Shown here one piece after another: positions 48,499-61,325 of a stretch of DNA of 64,000 bases; within the stretch, counting starts at the first letter, position 1, and each line of letters begins with the position of its first letter. This DNA comes from Mustelus asterias (lineage: Eukaryota), in assembly GCF_964213995.1 (NCBI RefSeq), contig NW_027590476.1, forward strand, positions 124,001-188,000, in the 5' to 3' direction. The position numbers were made by a program, and so were the translations under genes. The notes below the pieces were generated by a model. It saw only the letters and a program-made list of their open reading frames with translations. It was not told the origin of the DNA and did no database searches.

Positions 48499-50600
48499 TG
48501 GCGACATCACCAGCGTCGCCGGTGGCAGGGCCTTCTCGGCCCACCTATGCGGGCGTGGCGGCTGCCAGAGCCCCCGCCGCTCCCAAGGCCCTGCCGCCAT
48601 TCTCTTTAATCACGCGGCAGCTCGGGGTGAAGTGCTACGCCCACCCCGACATGTCTATCGAGGCCTGCGTCAAGGCAATGGCTGGGGTTGTCGGCCCCTC
48701 AGCCATTGTCGCGGCCTCTAAGATGTACGGCCGGGCTGTATTCTTCCTGAAGGCCGAGCGGGCGGTTCGCCTCGCCCTGGAAAAGGGGCTCACGGTGGGC
48801 GGGACGTTCCTGGCGGTGGACCCATTGGAGGCCACCGCCCACAAGATAGTAATATCGAACGTCCCGCCCTTCCTACCGAGTGAGCTCCTCCTCCCCCACC
48901 TCCATCTACTGGGGGAGGTCAGGTCCGGGGTGCAGCCGATCCCGCTCGGCCTTCGGGACCCCTCCCTCCGCCACATATACTCCTTCCGGCGCCAGGTTTT
49001 TGTCCGCCTGGCCCGGGAGGAGGAACTGGAGGGAGGGTTCAATGTCCCCCACGAGGGGACCACGTACCGGGTCTTTTGGTCCGCGGACGGTGTGCGGTGC
49101 CATGCCTGTAAGGAGGCGGGGCACGTGAGGAAAAACTGCCCCGTCTCCAAGGCCGCCGACCACCAACCCAAGGCGGCCGCAGCTGGCACCGCAGCCCCCT
49201 CTCCCCCCAAGCGAGTACCATCTGCCCCCCCGCGAGGGGAGGCCACGCCGGCAGCAGCTGCCACCTCAGCTGCCGGCGGGGGGGGAGCGGAGCCCCCGCG
49301 CGGCCAAAAGGCCCAGAAGGGACCTACAAAAAAGAAGGGGGGTACCGGAACCCCGGCCCCCAGGGAAAACACCCCAACCACCCCGGCAGCCGGCTCGGGG
49401 ACCGCCTCAGTCTCCACCTGCGCCCCCCCCCCACCACCACCACCACCACCATCTGCCGGGCCCGTGGGCTCTCCGGGGCCTAGTGCTGGGTCCGGCGCCC
49501 GGGATCATGGGCCCGAGCATGGGGGGGTAAGCGACCCCGAGCCGGCAAAACTGGCGACGCCGCCACCTCGGGGGGAAGTGACGGGAGAGCAGGGGGGGCG
49601 CGGCAAGGCGAAGAGGGGCGGAGGGCGAGGGGCCTCGCCTGCCCGAGGGCAGGTTAACAAAAAGAGGCGGGGCCCCTCGGGCACCGTAGAGTTCGAGGTC
49701 TGCGTGCCCCTCCCCCCTTGTGAGTCATCTCCTGCCGTGCCCCCACCTGTCTTTGTGCCTTGTCCCGCGAAAAAAGGGGGCAAGGCACCCTGCAAATCCA
49801 AGCATGTGTTGCCTCAGTCCCCCGGCGAGGAGTCTCCGGGGCCGGGTGGCAGCGGGGCCCCCACGGCTCCGTTCCACCCGGCCGGTTACAACCCGGAGTT
49901 CTTCTTCAGTCTGTCGGGGGACTGGGGCGACACTCCAATGTTCATGTCCTCGTGCGGCGGCGGCGAAGAGACGATCCACTCGTCCTCTCCGTCCCGACCT
50001 TGGACGCTGGACATCCCCAACCTCAGTCCGAAGGATACACCGGACCTGGGGGGTGTCCAAGCGTCTGGGGCGGGGGGGGCGGCTGGGCCGCCGTCGCACG
50101 GGGGCCCGCAATCCGGGAAAGGTGAGCCCGGGGGGAACCCCTCCTCCACCGATCCTGGGGGTGGGATCGGGGAGGGGCTAGGGCTAGTTGGTGGCTCCGT
50201 GCCGCCCGCCGTACGTCCTGCGGCGGGGGACTCGGAGTCGAGGGGCGACCGCCCTGAGGAGGTCAGCGGCTCGGTGGAGGGCACGGGGACACTTTCAGAG
50301 TCTGCCCAGAGCGAGGCGGGGGACTCCCTCGTGCCCCCCACCGAGTCGTCCCTCATCCCCTCCAAGGACCTCAGGGTCTTTATCCGTAGCCATTCCGGTC
50401 GCTCCGACATAATCCGGCTAGCCCTCGGCCGCTGGCCGGACCTGGCACGGCTCGTCCGGTCCGTGAAGGCATGCTCGCATGCCTCCGCGGGCCTGGAGAA
50501 AATAGAGCGGCGCTGGGTACTGCGGTTCCTCCACAGGCTCGAAAAGGTGGGGGGTGGACTGGTGAGAATTGCGCCAGCGCCCCCCCACACACCTAGTTAA
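48499..50600 (+). CDS. Tx1 ORF1 protein (nucleic-acid-binding region, CCHC knuckle, long P/G/A-rich tail)
   Basis: MATSP.. start; IVAASKM..VFFL, ISNVPPF, SFRRQV; CHACKEAGHVRKNC. Confidence 0.88.
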
Positions 50601-50628
50601 GTGGTGACGGTGGCACAAAGCTGCTGAC

Positions 50629-53600
50629 ATGAAGGTGACCATAGCCAGCCTCAACATCAACGGCAGCAGTGAGCCACACCGCAGGTTCCAGAACTTCTCG
50701 GTCCTCTGTGACGGGAAGTATGCGGTGTGTTTCCTGCAGGAAACCCACACCGTTCCGGGAGACGAAGCCCAATGGCTCCTGGAGTGGCAAGGGGGGGTCT
50801 ACATGAGCCACCTCACGCTCGCTTCTTGCGGGGTGGCTATCTTGTTGGCCCCGCGTTATAAGCCGGAGATCTTGGGGGTCAAGGAGCCGGTGCCAGGCCG
50901 GTTGCTGCACTTGACGGTCCGTGAGGGGGGCGTGGTCATTCACTTGCTGAATGTCTACGCCCCGACCGCCGGACCGCAGCAAACGACTTTCTACGAGAAA
51001 GTGTCCGCTCACATCGACACCATCGCGGGGGGCGAATGCATTATCCTCGGGGGAGATTTCAACTGCATCCTCGAGGCACGGGACCGCACCAGCCCCTGGC
51101 TGCGCACCCCGGCGGTGGTGAAGTTGCGGGACCTGATCGGGTCCCACGACTTGGTGGACGTCTGGAGACATCTCCATCCTGGCTCCAGCGCCTTCACTTT
51201 CGTGAGGCCTGGAGTCGGAGCGTCCAGGCTCGACCGCCTTTACATTTCGAAGGCGCACGTGTCCGGCGTGTCCTCGGTCTCCATGCGGCCGGTGTCGAGC
51301 ACGGACCACAGCCTGGTGTGGGCGGACTTTGCGCCGTCTCGCATCCGGCGGGGGTCCGCGTACTGGCACTTTAACAACACGCTGCTGGAGGACGAGCGCT
51401 TCCTGGACTCGTTCCGTCGATTCTGGGCCGGCTGGAGAAGGAAGCGGGGAGGCTTCCCCTCCTTGAGGCTCTGGTGGGATGTGGGCAAGACTCACGTCCG
51501 TACCTTCTGTCAGGGGTACGCGAGGGGGTCGACAAAGAGGCGGAAATCCAGGCTCGAGGAGTTGGAGAAGGAGGTGCTCGACCTGGAGGCACGTCTCAGT
51601 CGGCCTGACGCGGACCCGGCCCTGCGTTCGGAGTACAGGGAGAAGAAGGACGCGCTGCGGGACCTGCAGCTTGCCAGGTCTCGCGGCGCGTACGTGAGGT
51701 CGCGGCTCCAGTTCCGGGTGGACCTGGACCGCGGCTCCCCCTTCTTCTACTCGCTGGAAAGAGGGCGGGCTAACCGTCAGCAGCTCCTTACGCTGCTGGC
51801 CGACGACGGTTCCCCCGTCTCGGATCCGGAGGGCATCCGGGCCATTGCCCGGGAGTATTACACCTCGCTCTTCTCTCCGGATCCGTCCAGCGAGGATGCC
51901 CGCAGACTTCTGTGGGAGGACCTGCCGCAGGTCAGCCCGGAGGGCGTCGGCAGGCTCGAGGCCCCTACCACCATGGCCGAGCTGACCGGCGCCCTAAATG
52001 GCCTCAGCCGGGGCAAGGCCCCTGGGCTGGACGGGCTGACAGTAGAGTTCTTCAGGGCGTTCTGGGACGTCCTGGGGAGCAACTACGCGGGGGTCCTGGG
52101 GGAGAGCGTCGCTACCGGGGAGATGCCCCTTTCGTGGCGCAGGGCCGTCATTGCCCTGCTGCCCAAGAAGGGGGATCTCCACCTGCTCAAGAACTGGCGC
52201 CCGGTCTCCCTCCTCAGCACGGATTATAAAATCTTTGCCAGGGCTGTGGCTTCACGCCTTGGATCTGTGCTGGACCACTTGATCCACCCTGACCAGTCCT
52301 ACACGGTCCCGGGCCGTTGCATACATGACAATCTCCACCTGGTCCGGGACCTAATCCATCACACCCAGAGGGCTGGTCTGTCGGGCGCCTTCTTGTCATT
52401 AGATCAGGAGAAGGCGTTCGACAGGGTGGAGCACGAGTATTTACTCGGGACTCTGCGGGCATTCGGGTTCGGGACGCATTTTGTCGCCCGGATCCGATTA
52501 CTGTACTCTGCCGCAGAGTGTCTGATTAAGGTTAACGGGTCCCTGACGGCGCCCCTTCGCTTCGGGAGAGGAGTACGGCAGGGCTGCCCCTTGTCCGGCC
52601 AACTGTATTCCGTATGCGTGGAGCCATTCCTGCGCCTCTTGCGGAGGAGGTTGTCAGGTTTGGTCCTGCGCGGACCGGACGTAGGGGTGGTCCTGTCAGC
52701 TTACGCCGACGACGTGCTCCTCATGTTCACGGACCCGGCTGACCTGCGGAGGATGCGAGAATGCCAGGCGGTGTACTCCGCCGCGTCCTCCGCCAGGATC
52801 AACTGGGCCAAGTGCTCCGGACTCCTTGTCGGTCCTTGGGAGACGGACCCCCTCCCGGAGGAGCTCAGGCCTTTCACCTGGAGCAGGACCGACCTCCTCT
52901 ACTTGGGGGCCCATCTCTGCCCAGCCGAGGAATCCTGGCCGGCGAACTGGCGGGAGCTGGAGGCCAAAGTCTCCGCCCGCCTGAGTCGCTGGACAGGACT
53001 GCTCCGAGTGCTGTCCTACGGGGCGCGAGCTCGCGTCATAAACCAGCTGGTCGCCTCCATGCTGTGGTACCGGCTGGTCCCTTTGACCCCTCCCCCTGGC
53101 TTTGTCACCGATATCCAGAGAACCCTCGTGCGGTTCTTCTGGGGCAATCGACTGCACTGGGTCCCTGCTGCGGTCCTGTATCTCCCGCTTGAGGAGGGCG
53201 GACAAGGTCTGGTGTGCCTCCGCACTCAGATAGCGACCTTCCGCCTCCAGGCCCTGCAGAGGTACCTTTACGTTGAGCCCCCTCCACAGTGGTGTGCCAT
53301 GGCGACGTATTTCTTCCGCCAGTGGCACGGCCTCAATTATGACGTGCAGCTCCTGCATATCGAACTGGGGCGTGCTTCGACCGCCCTGCAGGAGTTGCCC
53401 GTCTTTTACCAGGACCTCCTCACTGTCTGGAACAAGGTCGCCTCGCGACGCAGCTCTCCCCCGTCAGGAGTAGCGGCTCTCGTGCGAGAGCCGCTGCTCA
53501 GGAATCCGCTCCTCCAGCCGTATAACTTCAGGTGGCTGGCGGAGAGGGGGGCTGTGGACGCCGGGGTGACCAGAATCGGGGACGTGCTCGATGGCGGAGG

Positions 53601-53664
53601 AGCGGGCTGGATGAGTCCCCGCGCGCTCCGTCCGGCGCGCGGCCAAAGCCATCCTAGACCTTAG
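50629..53664 (+). CDS. Tx1 ORF2 (AP endonuclease + RT), open for 1011 aa then frameshifted
   Basis: SLNING, LQETH, GGDFN, SRLDR, TDH; KNWRPVSLL, DQEKAFD, QGCPLSG, YADD. ORF2-like sequence continues in other frames to ~53962. Confidence 0.92.
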   Translation: MKVTIASLNINGSSEPHRRFQNFSVLCDGKYAVCFLQETHTVPGDEAQWLLEWQGGVYMSHLTLASCGVAILLAPRYKPEILGVKEPVPGRLLHLTVREGGVVIHLLNVYAPTAGPQQTTFYEKVSAHIDTIAGGECIILGGDFNCILEARDRTSPWLRTPAVVKLRDLIGSHDLVDVWRHLHPGSSAFTFVRPGVGASRLDRLYISKAHVSGVSSVSMRPVSSTDHSLVWADFAPSRIRRGSAYWHFNNTLLEDERFLDSFRRFWAGWRRKRGGFPSLRLWWDVGKTHVRTFCQGYARGSTKRRKSRLEELEKEVLDLEARLSRPDADPALRSEYREKKDALRDLQLARSRGAYVRSRLQFRVDLDRGSPFFYSLERGRANRQQLLTLLADDGSPVSDPEGIRAIAREYYTSLFSPDPSSEDARRLLWEDLPQVSPEGVGRLEAPTTMAELTGALNGLSRGKAPGLDGLTVEFFRAFWDVLGSNYAGVLGESVATGEMPLSWRRAVIALLPKKGDLHLLKNWRPVSLLSTDYKIFARAVASRLGSVLDHLIHPDQSYTVPGRCIHDNLHLVRDLIHHTQRAGLSGAFLSLDQEKAFDRVEHEYLLGTLRAFGFGTHFVARIRLLYSAAECLIKVNGSLTAPLRFGRGVRQGCPLSGQLYSVCVEPFLRLLRRRLSGLVLRGPDVGVVLSAYADDVLLMFTDPADLRRMRECQAVYSAASSARINWAKCSGLLVGPWETDPLPEELRPFTWSRTDLLYLGAHLCPAEESWPANWRELEAKVSARLSRWTGLLRVLSYGARARVINQLVASMLWYRLVPLTPPPGFVTDIQRTLVRFFWGNRLHWVPAAVLYLPLEEGGQGLVCLRTQIATFRLQALQRYLYVEPPPQWCAMATYFFRQWHGLNYDVQLLHIELGRASTALQELPVFYQDLLTVWNKVASRRSSPPSGVAALVREPLLRNPLLQPYNFRWLAERGAVDAGVTRIGDVLDGGGAGWMSPRALRPARGQSHPRP

Positions 53665-53962
53665 GACGGTCGTGCTCGGCCCTGAAACTGCACGCAAACT
53701 TGAGACGGCGCAGGCGTGCGGTGGGATCCCGCCCGAGCGTTCCCCTGTTCGGGCGGAATTCCACATTGGCCCAAAGCCTCAGCCCCCTCCCCGGGTGAGG
53801 TCCCCCACAGCCTGAGCCGCCTCGCGGAAATGCCCTCCGTGCCTTTTTCTACCGCGCGGAGGCGTTTCCTGTGCGGGCTGCTGCTGCACACCTTCCACTA
53901 CCGCCTCCTCGCCTGTCGCCCGGATACACCTTGGCGGGCCTTGTTGCCGCCGGGCGGCGGAG

Positions 53963-53978
53963 GTGACTGCAGGTAAGA
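53963..53978 (+). pseudogene. Putative 3' remnant of an Ig heavy-chain J segment with splice donor
   Basis: GTG ACT GCA G|GTAAGA = ..VTA plus a phase-1 donor, compatible with the C-mu1 acceptor. It sits exactly at the GC-rich to AT-rich switch, but only ~10 coding nt are available to judge. Confidence 0.6.
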
Positions 53979-56900
53979 ACCATGCAATTATTTAGTAACT
54001 GTTTTACTTGAACTTTTGTTTTATATTTCTTATCGATTTTATTAATTAATTCGTTCACTGAAATGTGGTTTGGTGGATTCTGTACTAAAAATCTTAACAA
54101 TGTTTCATGTGATTCTGCTTAAAATGGGGGTTATAAAATTCTACTGTTAATTGACAAGGCGATGCTGGGGGATTCAATCCTTGGTTGTTGTATTTTGGTG
54201 TTTATCTGCTGAGGACATTGTGTGGCTGGGTTACTTTAAAAGTTACTGTCTAACTTCTGTTAAACAGTTTGACGTTTCTGCAGTGTATAAACTCGGTGAC
54301 ATCTAGTGGCTGCGGGTTGTACCATCTGCTGCACACGCATTTGAAATCTAAGCCAATATTTTAAAAAAGTGTTAAAGATTCTGTATTAATTGAGTGACCA
54401 TATTCCGCTTACTCACAATGCTGGCGTGGTTCTGACATATTTCTGTTAATTTAATCATTGATTAGTTTGGTGATGAGCGGATTGGCTGGATTTAAATTTG
54501 AGATTTGCTGTCAATGTTACATTTGATTCTGTTGAAAGTGTTTGTAGAATTGAGCTGCTTCTGCATTATGCGGGGTTCAGTGATGTATATTTTTTTCTGT
54601 TGAGGAAATTGTGGGTCTGGGTGACTTTGAATAAGTAAAATTTTTGAAATGGTTTGGCGATTCTGCATTATTTAAACTCGGTGACACTGAGCTGTTACAC
54701 ACCTTGTGATTGAATACAAACAGTGTTCGCGTCTGAAACTGCTTGACGCATGATTATATGCTGAAATCAGGCAGGTTTTATTCCAATGGTATTTTTGAAA
54801 ACCATAATTGATAATTGCAGGTAAAACTAAATCACAGTTTACGCAGTTTGTTCAGAATATAGTTTGTCAGTGCATTCACTATTTGGTTAACCTGCAATGT
54901 TAAATCTCAGTGATGGCTGCAGCTTTTACCATCCAATATGAATAAAATGTGGTAAAGTTTCCATATTAATGTGTTGGATATATTCTATCTCTTCACAATG
55001 CTATTGCTATTATTCCAGATTTCTGTTTTGTTTCATAATTCATACATTTGGTGACGAGCTGTTTTGCTGGATTCGATATTGAGATTTTCTTGCAATGTTA
55101 CATTTTATTATGTTGAATGAATAATTGAGCTGCTTCTTCATGAAGCGGAATAATTCTCTCAGTGATGTGCTTTGTAGTGTTTATGTTCAGGAGATTCTGT
55201 GCTTCGGTCACTATGATAGTTTAAAATTTGCGAAGTGATTTGGTGTTTCCGCATTGTTTCTGCATTGTTTAAACTCGGCGGCACTGAGCGGTTACACGTT
55301 TTCTGGTTGAATGCAAAGAATCTCTGAGTTTGAAAGTCCTTGTAGTAGAAAACAGGCAGGTTTTGGATAAAAATGAAATCAAGATATCACAACATTTTTA
55401 TAAATTTTAACTAATGTTTAAATATTAAAATAAATCATGACTTACAAAGTTCACTTGGACACTAAGTCATTGCTGCAATCACAAACTTCTCATTAACCAA
55501 TTTGATCATGAAATTAAGATAAATCAAACAATTATTGATCGGTAATATAACTCCATATTCACCAAAGATTTTTTTATGTTAATATCATTATTCATTAATC
55601 ACCTCTAATAGTTCTGTTCAATTAAAATGACCAGAAAAGTTTCTGGGCTGGAAATATTTTGTGATAATTCCAGAAACTATTTCAATGATAACGTGCTGTT
55701 TCCATAGCAGCGCTCAATTCAACAAGATACTTTGCATTAGTCGTTATATCCCAGATTAAGTTCGCATTCACTGGAATACGAGTTTTGCAGAAAAAGACGT
55801 TGCTTTTTGGCAATTTATGTATCCGATTATTACATTTTCTTTCTGTGCAGTCGCAATCAGATTATTCCTTCCAAGTAATTTGTAATTGGATACCGAGATA
55901 ATTAATTACTAATCTCATCTCAAAATTTGTGAAATGGTTTGGTGTTTCTCAATTGTTTCTGTATTGTTTCAACTCTGTGATACTGAGCGGTTACACGTTT
56001 TCTGGCTAAATGAAAATAAAACTGCGTTTGAAAATTCTTGCAGGGATAAAGGAAAAAGGTTTCGGAAAAATAAAATAATTAGATGTTTGGGCTTTTATTC
56101 ATGTTAACTGGTGCTTACATATTAAAATAAATCATGAATTACAATTCTTACAGAGACACTGTATCTCTGTTAGGGACATTACACTACCCTGAATCTGTTA
56201 TATCTTAGGTGCTCATTTTCAGAAAAAATACATTTTTGCCCAGTTTTCATTATTTGAGACAGACAGGGAGAGATAGTTAAAAGGCGAAGGGAGTTTTGAA
56301 ATGAACATCAGGTTAATTTAAATTTTTTATTGACTTTTTTGCAGTTGTAATTTGACCTTAGATCAATTAGAATCAAACAGTTTGAATAAATTTGACAGAG
56401 CGAACAGAGTTTTCTGATAGGTGGAATTCGCTGACACTCAAGCAATTGTTCACATAATTGTGTTTGAATTGTAGTAAAGTGTCAACAGAAACTGGCTAGA
56501 GATGGATAAGTTAATGCTTGAAATTCAAAAAGATTAATTTAAATAAAAATATTATACTATTATAAATACTATAAAAATAATCTTATCTCTGCACTTGATA
56601 ATAACATAATGTCTCCCATTACTGCTGAACACAGGATAGAATTATGGGAAGAATAAATGACAGAATAGAAGAATTGATTCTATCTGAACCTTATGTTTAA
56701 TTCATATTAAATATTATAATGAAGAAAAAGTCTGGACTTACATTCTGCATCATGTTTTAGTGTTACCGAGGATTTGAATCAATTGTCCTCTTTGTGTTTG
56801 CACTGTTTAATTCAGATCTTCTTTAATTAAACAATGTGTTCAGTAATTAAGTTATATGGATGTTCTAAATTACTAAATCTTGGAAGCAGTATTATTGATT

Positions 56901-57804
56901 TCAAACTGCCAGGCCGTTACAGTCTATACATATTCAGCAGTATGCAATTTTAACACGTTTGCAGGTTATAATAAGACACTTGTAGTTAAAGTGAAAAAGT
57001 AAAATATTACAATGTGATTAGATTTAAGTAAATGAATGACAGATGTCTGAATGTTTCTGTTCAGTAATTTGAAATTATATTTAACATTGTCTAAGATTTA
57101 ATTGTAACCTAATTATTTAACAATGTTGGAGGCAGAAGCACATTTTGAATGATTGAAAACCCATTTTATTACAGAGTACAAATGAGCTGACAGGAGAACT
57201 AACTAGTAATTAACAATAACTTAAAATATAATATTGCTGCTGATTAATTCAAAACAAACTACCTTGAATATTGTACAGGCGTGCAAAATACAATCCGTTT
57301 TAGAGAATATTCAATTGTATCGGAAATGAATTCAGAAACAAAACATTACTTTACTCAGCTGTGCTCACTCGATAAAGTGTTTTGCTTTGATTAATTTGTT
57401 GAGTACATTTAATTAAGAAATTAGATCTAATCAGGTAATGATTTTCAATCTAAATGTTTCTTGATTTGGTTACTTCTTGCTGTGTCACTGCATCTCTGTT
57501 AGGGACATTGAACTGTCCTGAATCTGTTATTTTTGATTGCTCATTTTCGGCGAAATTACATTTTTACATAGTTTTCGAGAAGTGAGAATAATTAACAGTC
57601 GAAAGGAGTTTTGAAATGAATATCAGTTTAATTTAAAATAGGTTATTAATTTTCTGTTGTTGTAAGTTGGCCATTGATCAATTAGAATCCAACAGTTTGA
57701 ATGAAATTGACAGATTGAACAGATCTATCTGCTGGGCACTCGATTGTTGCACCGTTTATGTCTGTTCTGTTTCTGTGCGCGTGGTCACTGTGTTGGGGCC
57801 AGGA

Positions 57805-60540
57805 AACACACACGCACACACACACATGCACTATCCCTCCCACATTCCCGTACTCTCACTTCGTCTCACACTCATTCACATGCTCCCTCTCTCATACGAA
57901 CACTTCCACGCGCATTCTCTCACGCAGGCACATATTTCTCTCTCTTTCACACGCTTACTCCCTTACACATTATCTCACATACGCACAATCTTGCTCTCAA
58001 ACACTGTCTCTCACAAAGACTCTCTCTCTCACACGCCCACAGTCTCTCCGTCTCTCACACACGAACACACATGTATACACAATGTATCTCTCTGAAACAC
58101 TCCACCTATCACAGACACGTTTTCTCTCAATCGTTATTTCACTCACACACACTCACACATCCACTCTGTCTAATTTTCACACTTTTTCTCGCTCACACTC
58201 TCCCCGCCCCTCCACACACGCACGCACACACACACACACTTTGAAGAACAGAGACACTCTCACACACATAAAGAATATCTCTTCAAACACACACTCTCTC
58301 TCACACACACACATTCGCGATATCACATATCCATTCTCTCACGCACACTCTCTCCTCTTGCACACACAGACCACTGTCTCACACACGTGCAAAAGCACTC
58401 ATGTGTCTGACACACTCTCACCCACATAAACCACACACAACGCCTCTCTCTCACACACAAAAACTCTTTCTCTCTGTCACAGACACACACGCTCACACAC
58501 ACACTCAAAAATATTGCTTCTATCACCCACACACATTGTACACATCTTTCTCACTCACACGCAATCCCATGCACACTTTCACACACTCATGAACCTACTA
58601 TTTTGCTTTCAAATAGGCACTCCCTCTCGCACACACTGTCTTTCACATGAACACAACACTCTCTCCCACACACAGACCCTCCCTCTCAAGCACACGCACT
58701 CTCTTTCACAGACACCCTGTATCTCATATAGACACACTTCTTTTCACATAAACACACACTCAATCACACACAGAAGTACTCTCTCATACATTCTCCCCGC
58801 CCCTCCACACACACACTTTCAAGGTGAGACACACTATCACACACAAAGAATAACTCTTCAAACACATGCTCTCTCACACACACACATTATCTCACACACC
58901 CTTTCTCGCACACACACTCTCCCCTCTTGCACGCACAGCCCACTGTCTTACACACGTGCAAACGTAGTCTATCACACACAGGCACCCTCCCACACATTCA
59001 CTCTCTCTCTCTCACACACACACACACACCCAAACACCCTCTCACACACTTTCCATCTCACATACGTCAGAGTGTCTGTCCTTGACATTATAGAATAGAA
59101 TCATAGGATCCGACAGTGCAGAAGGAGGCCATTCAGCCCATCGAGTCTGCACCAACAGCAATCCCGATCCCCATAACCACATGTATTTACCCTAACTAGT
59201 CACCCTGACACTAAGGGGCAATTTAGCACGGCTAATCCACCGAACCCGCACATCTTTGGACTGTGGAAGGAAACAGGAGCACCCGAATGAAACCCAAATA
59301 GACATGGGGGGAACTTGCAAACTCCACACAGACAGTGACACAAGTCGGGAATCCAACTCTGAGGCAGCAGCGCTAATCACTGTGCCACCGTGCCACCATC
59401 CCCCCGCCCCCCCACTTACTCACTCGCATTCACTCACTCACCCTCATTCACTCACACTCACACCCTCATTCACTCACCAGCACTCACTCACACTCTCTCA
59501 CCCTCACACATCCTCACTCACTCATCCCCATTCACTCACTGTCACTCAGCCACCCACAATCACGCGCTATCACTCACTCAACCTCACTCACTAACCCTCA
59601 GTCACTCACTCAGAGCCTCAGTCACTCACCAACACTCATAGTCACCTTCATTCACTCATCCCACTAACCCACCCTCACTCACCCAGTCTCACTCACTCTC
59701 ACTCACTCACCCTACTTACCCACCCTCACTTATCCAGTCTCACTCACTCTCACTCACCCTCACTCACCCCACTTACGCACCTTCACTCATCCAGTCTCAA
59801 TCACTCTCACTCACTCACCGCATTTACCCTCCCTCACTTATCCAGTCTCAATCTCTCTCACTCACACTCACTCACTCTCCCCACTTACCGACCCTCACTC
59901 ACCCAGACGCACCCCCACACACTCAAGCTCAATCACCCTCTCTCTCTCACATACGCCACCTGACCCATTCAAACTCACTGAGACTCGCGCACCTACATTC
60001 ACTCACACACCCTCACATATTCACCATCACTCAAGGTCACCCACCCTAACTCACAGATCCTCAATCACTCATCCTCACTCAAACACCTTCACTCACTCAC
60101 CCTCACTCATCCACCCATCCGCATTTATTCTCCCTCACACACTCTCACACCACCCTCAATAACACACCCTGACTCACTCACTCTCTCACCCTCACTTACA
60201 AAGTCACATTCACTCCTCACCCTCATTCACTCGCTCTCACTCACCCACCTTCACTAACCTTCATGCATCCTCACTCGCTCACCCTCATTCATTCATTCTC
60301 ACTTACCGACACTCACTCACCCACCTTCACTCACACATTCAGCCACCTTCACTCACCCACCCTCTTTCACACACCCTCATTTACTCACGTTCTCTCACCC
60401 TCACCCACACTTACTCACTCACACTCAATCACTCACCCTCACTTACCCACCTTCCATCACTCACACACCATCACTCATCCACTTTCACTCCTTCAATCAC
60501 TCACCCTCACGCACTCACATTCTCTCACTCACACTCGCTA
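57805..60540. repeat. CA/CT-rich low-complexity tract and (CTCA)n-type satellite, split by an HE1 SINE
   Basis: Almost G-free + strand; HE1 on the minus strand at 59092-59395. Confidence 0.9.
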
Positions 60541-60609
60541 AACCTGTGTGTGGAGGTCTGCAACGAGAGAGAAGAAAGATCTCAAGCGGCAGTTTGGTGT
60601 TCAAATGTG

Positions 60610-61325
60610 GGAGCTGCCCTGGGAATGTGGAGAGCTGGGGGGAATCCCTGGGGGCTCAGGGCCAAGGACAATGGCAAAGAGCCGGGGAGAACAGGAGGCG
60701 TGCTAAAGGGCAGAGAGCTGGGGGGGGGGGGGGGGGGCACAGAGTCTGGGGAAAGGGCCGAGAGCCGGGGGAAAGGGCAGAGAGCCAGGAGAAAGGGCAG
60801 AGAGCCAGGAGAAATGGGAAAGAGCGCCAATGGAAAGGGCAGGGAGCCAGGTGAAAGGGCAGAGAAACAGGAGAAAAGGCAGCGAGATGGAGGAAATGGC
60901 AGAGAGATCAGGGAAAGAGGAGAGAGCCAGGATAAAGGGCAGGGAGGCCGGGGAAAGGACAGAGAGCCGACGAAAAGTGCAAAAGAGCCCTGGGGAAAGG
61001 GCAGAGAGTCAGGGGGAAAGACAGAGAGTCAGGGGGGAAGGGCAGAGAGCCGGGGGAACGGGGAAAGAGAATAGTGAGCAGGGACAGAGGGCAGAGAGCT
61101 GGGGGAAACGGTAGGGAGCTGAGGGAAAGGGCAGAGAGCCGGGGGAGAGGGCACAGAGCTGGAGGAAAGTGTCGAGAGCCAGGTGGAAGCGCAGAGAGCA
61201 GGGTGTAAGGGGAAAGGAGCCACAGGGAATGGCAGAGAGCCAGGGGAAAGGGCAGCGAGGCGGGGAAAATGTGCAGAGAGTGGGTGATCGGCGGGCGGAG
61301 TGAGGAGGTGCAAAATAGAGCTAGC
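60610..61325 (+). repeat. G/A-rich ~20-bp degenerate tandem repeat (GGGAAAGGGCAGAGAGCC)
   Basis: Roughly 30 degenerate units with a strong purine/G skew on the + strand. Confidence 0.88.

Larger units (their letters stand above)
47536..53962 (+). mobile_element. Tx1-clade (L1 superfamily) non-LTR retrotransposon, 3'-truncated
   Basis: T-rich 5' end (exact boundary uncertain), repeat-containing 5' UTR, ORF1 and ORF2. Sequence ends mid-ORF2 (..PDTPWRALLPPGGGG) with no 3' UTR or tail. Confidence 0.9.

Noticed and set aside
53716-53976. In-frame Tx1 ORF2-IgM fusion protein
   Set aside because: ORF2 stops at 53664; the residual ORF2 frame is out of phase with the J donor/C-mu1 and would terminate within the exon.
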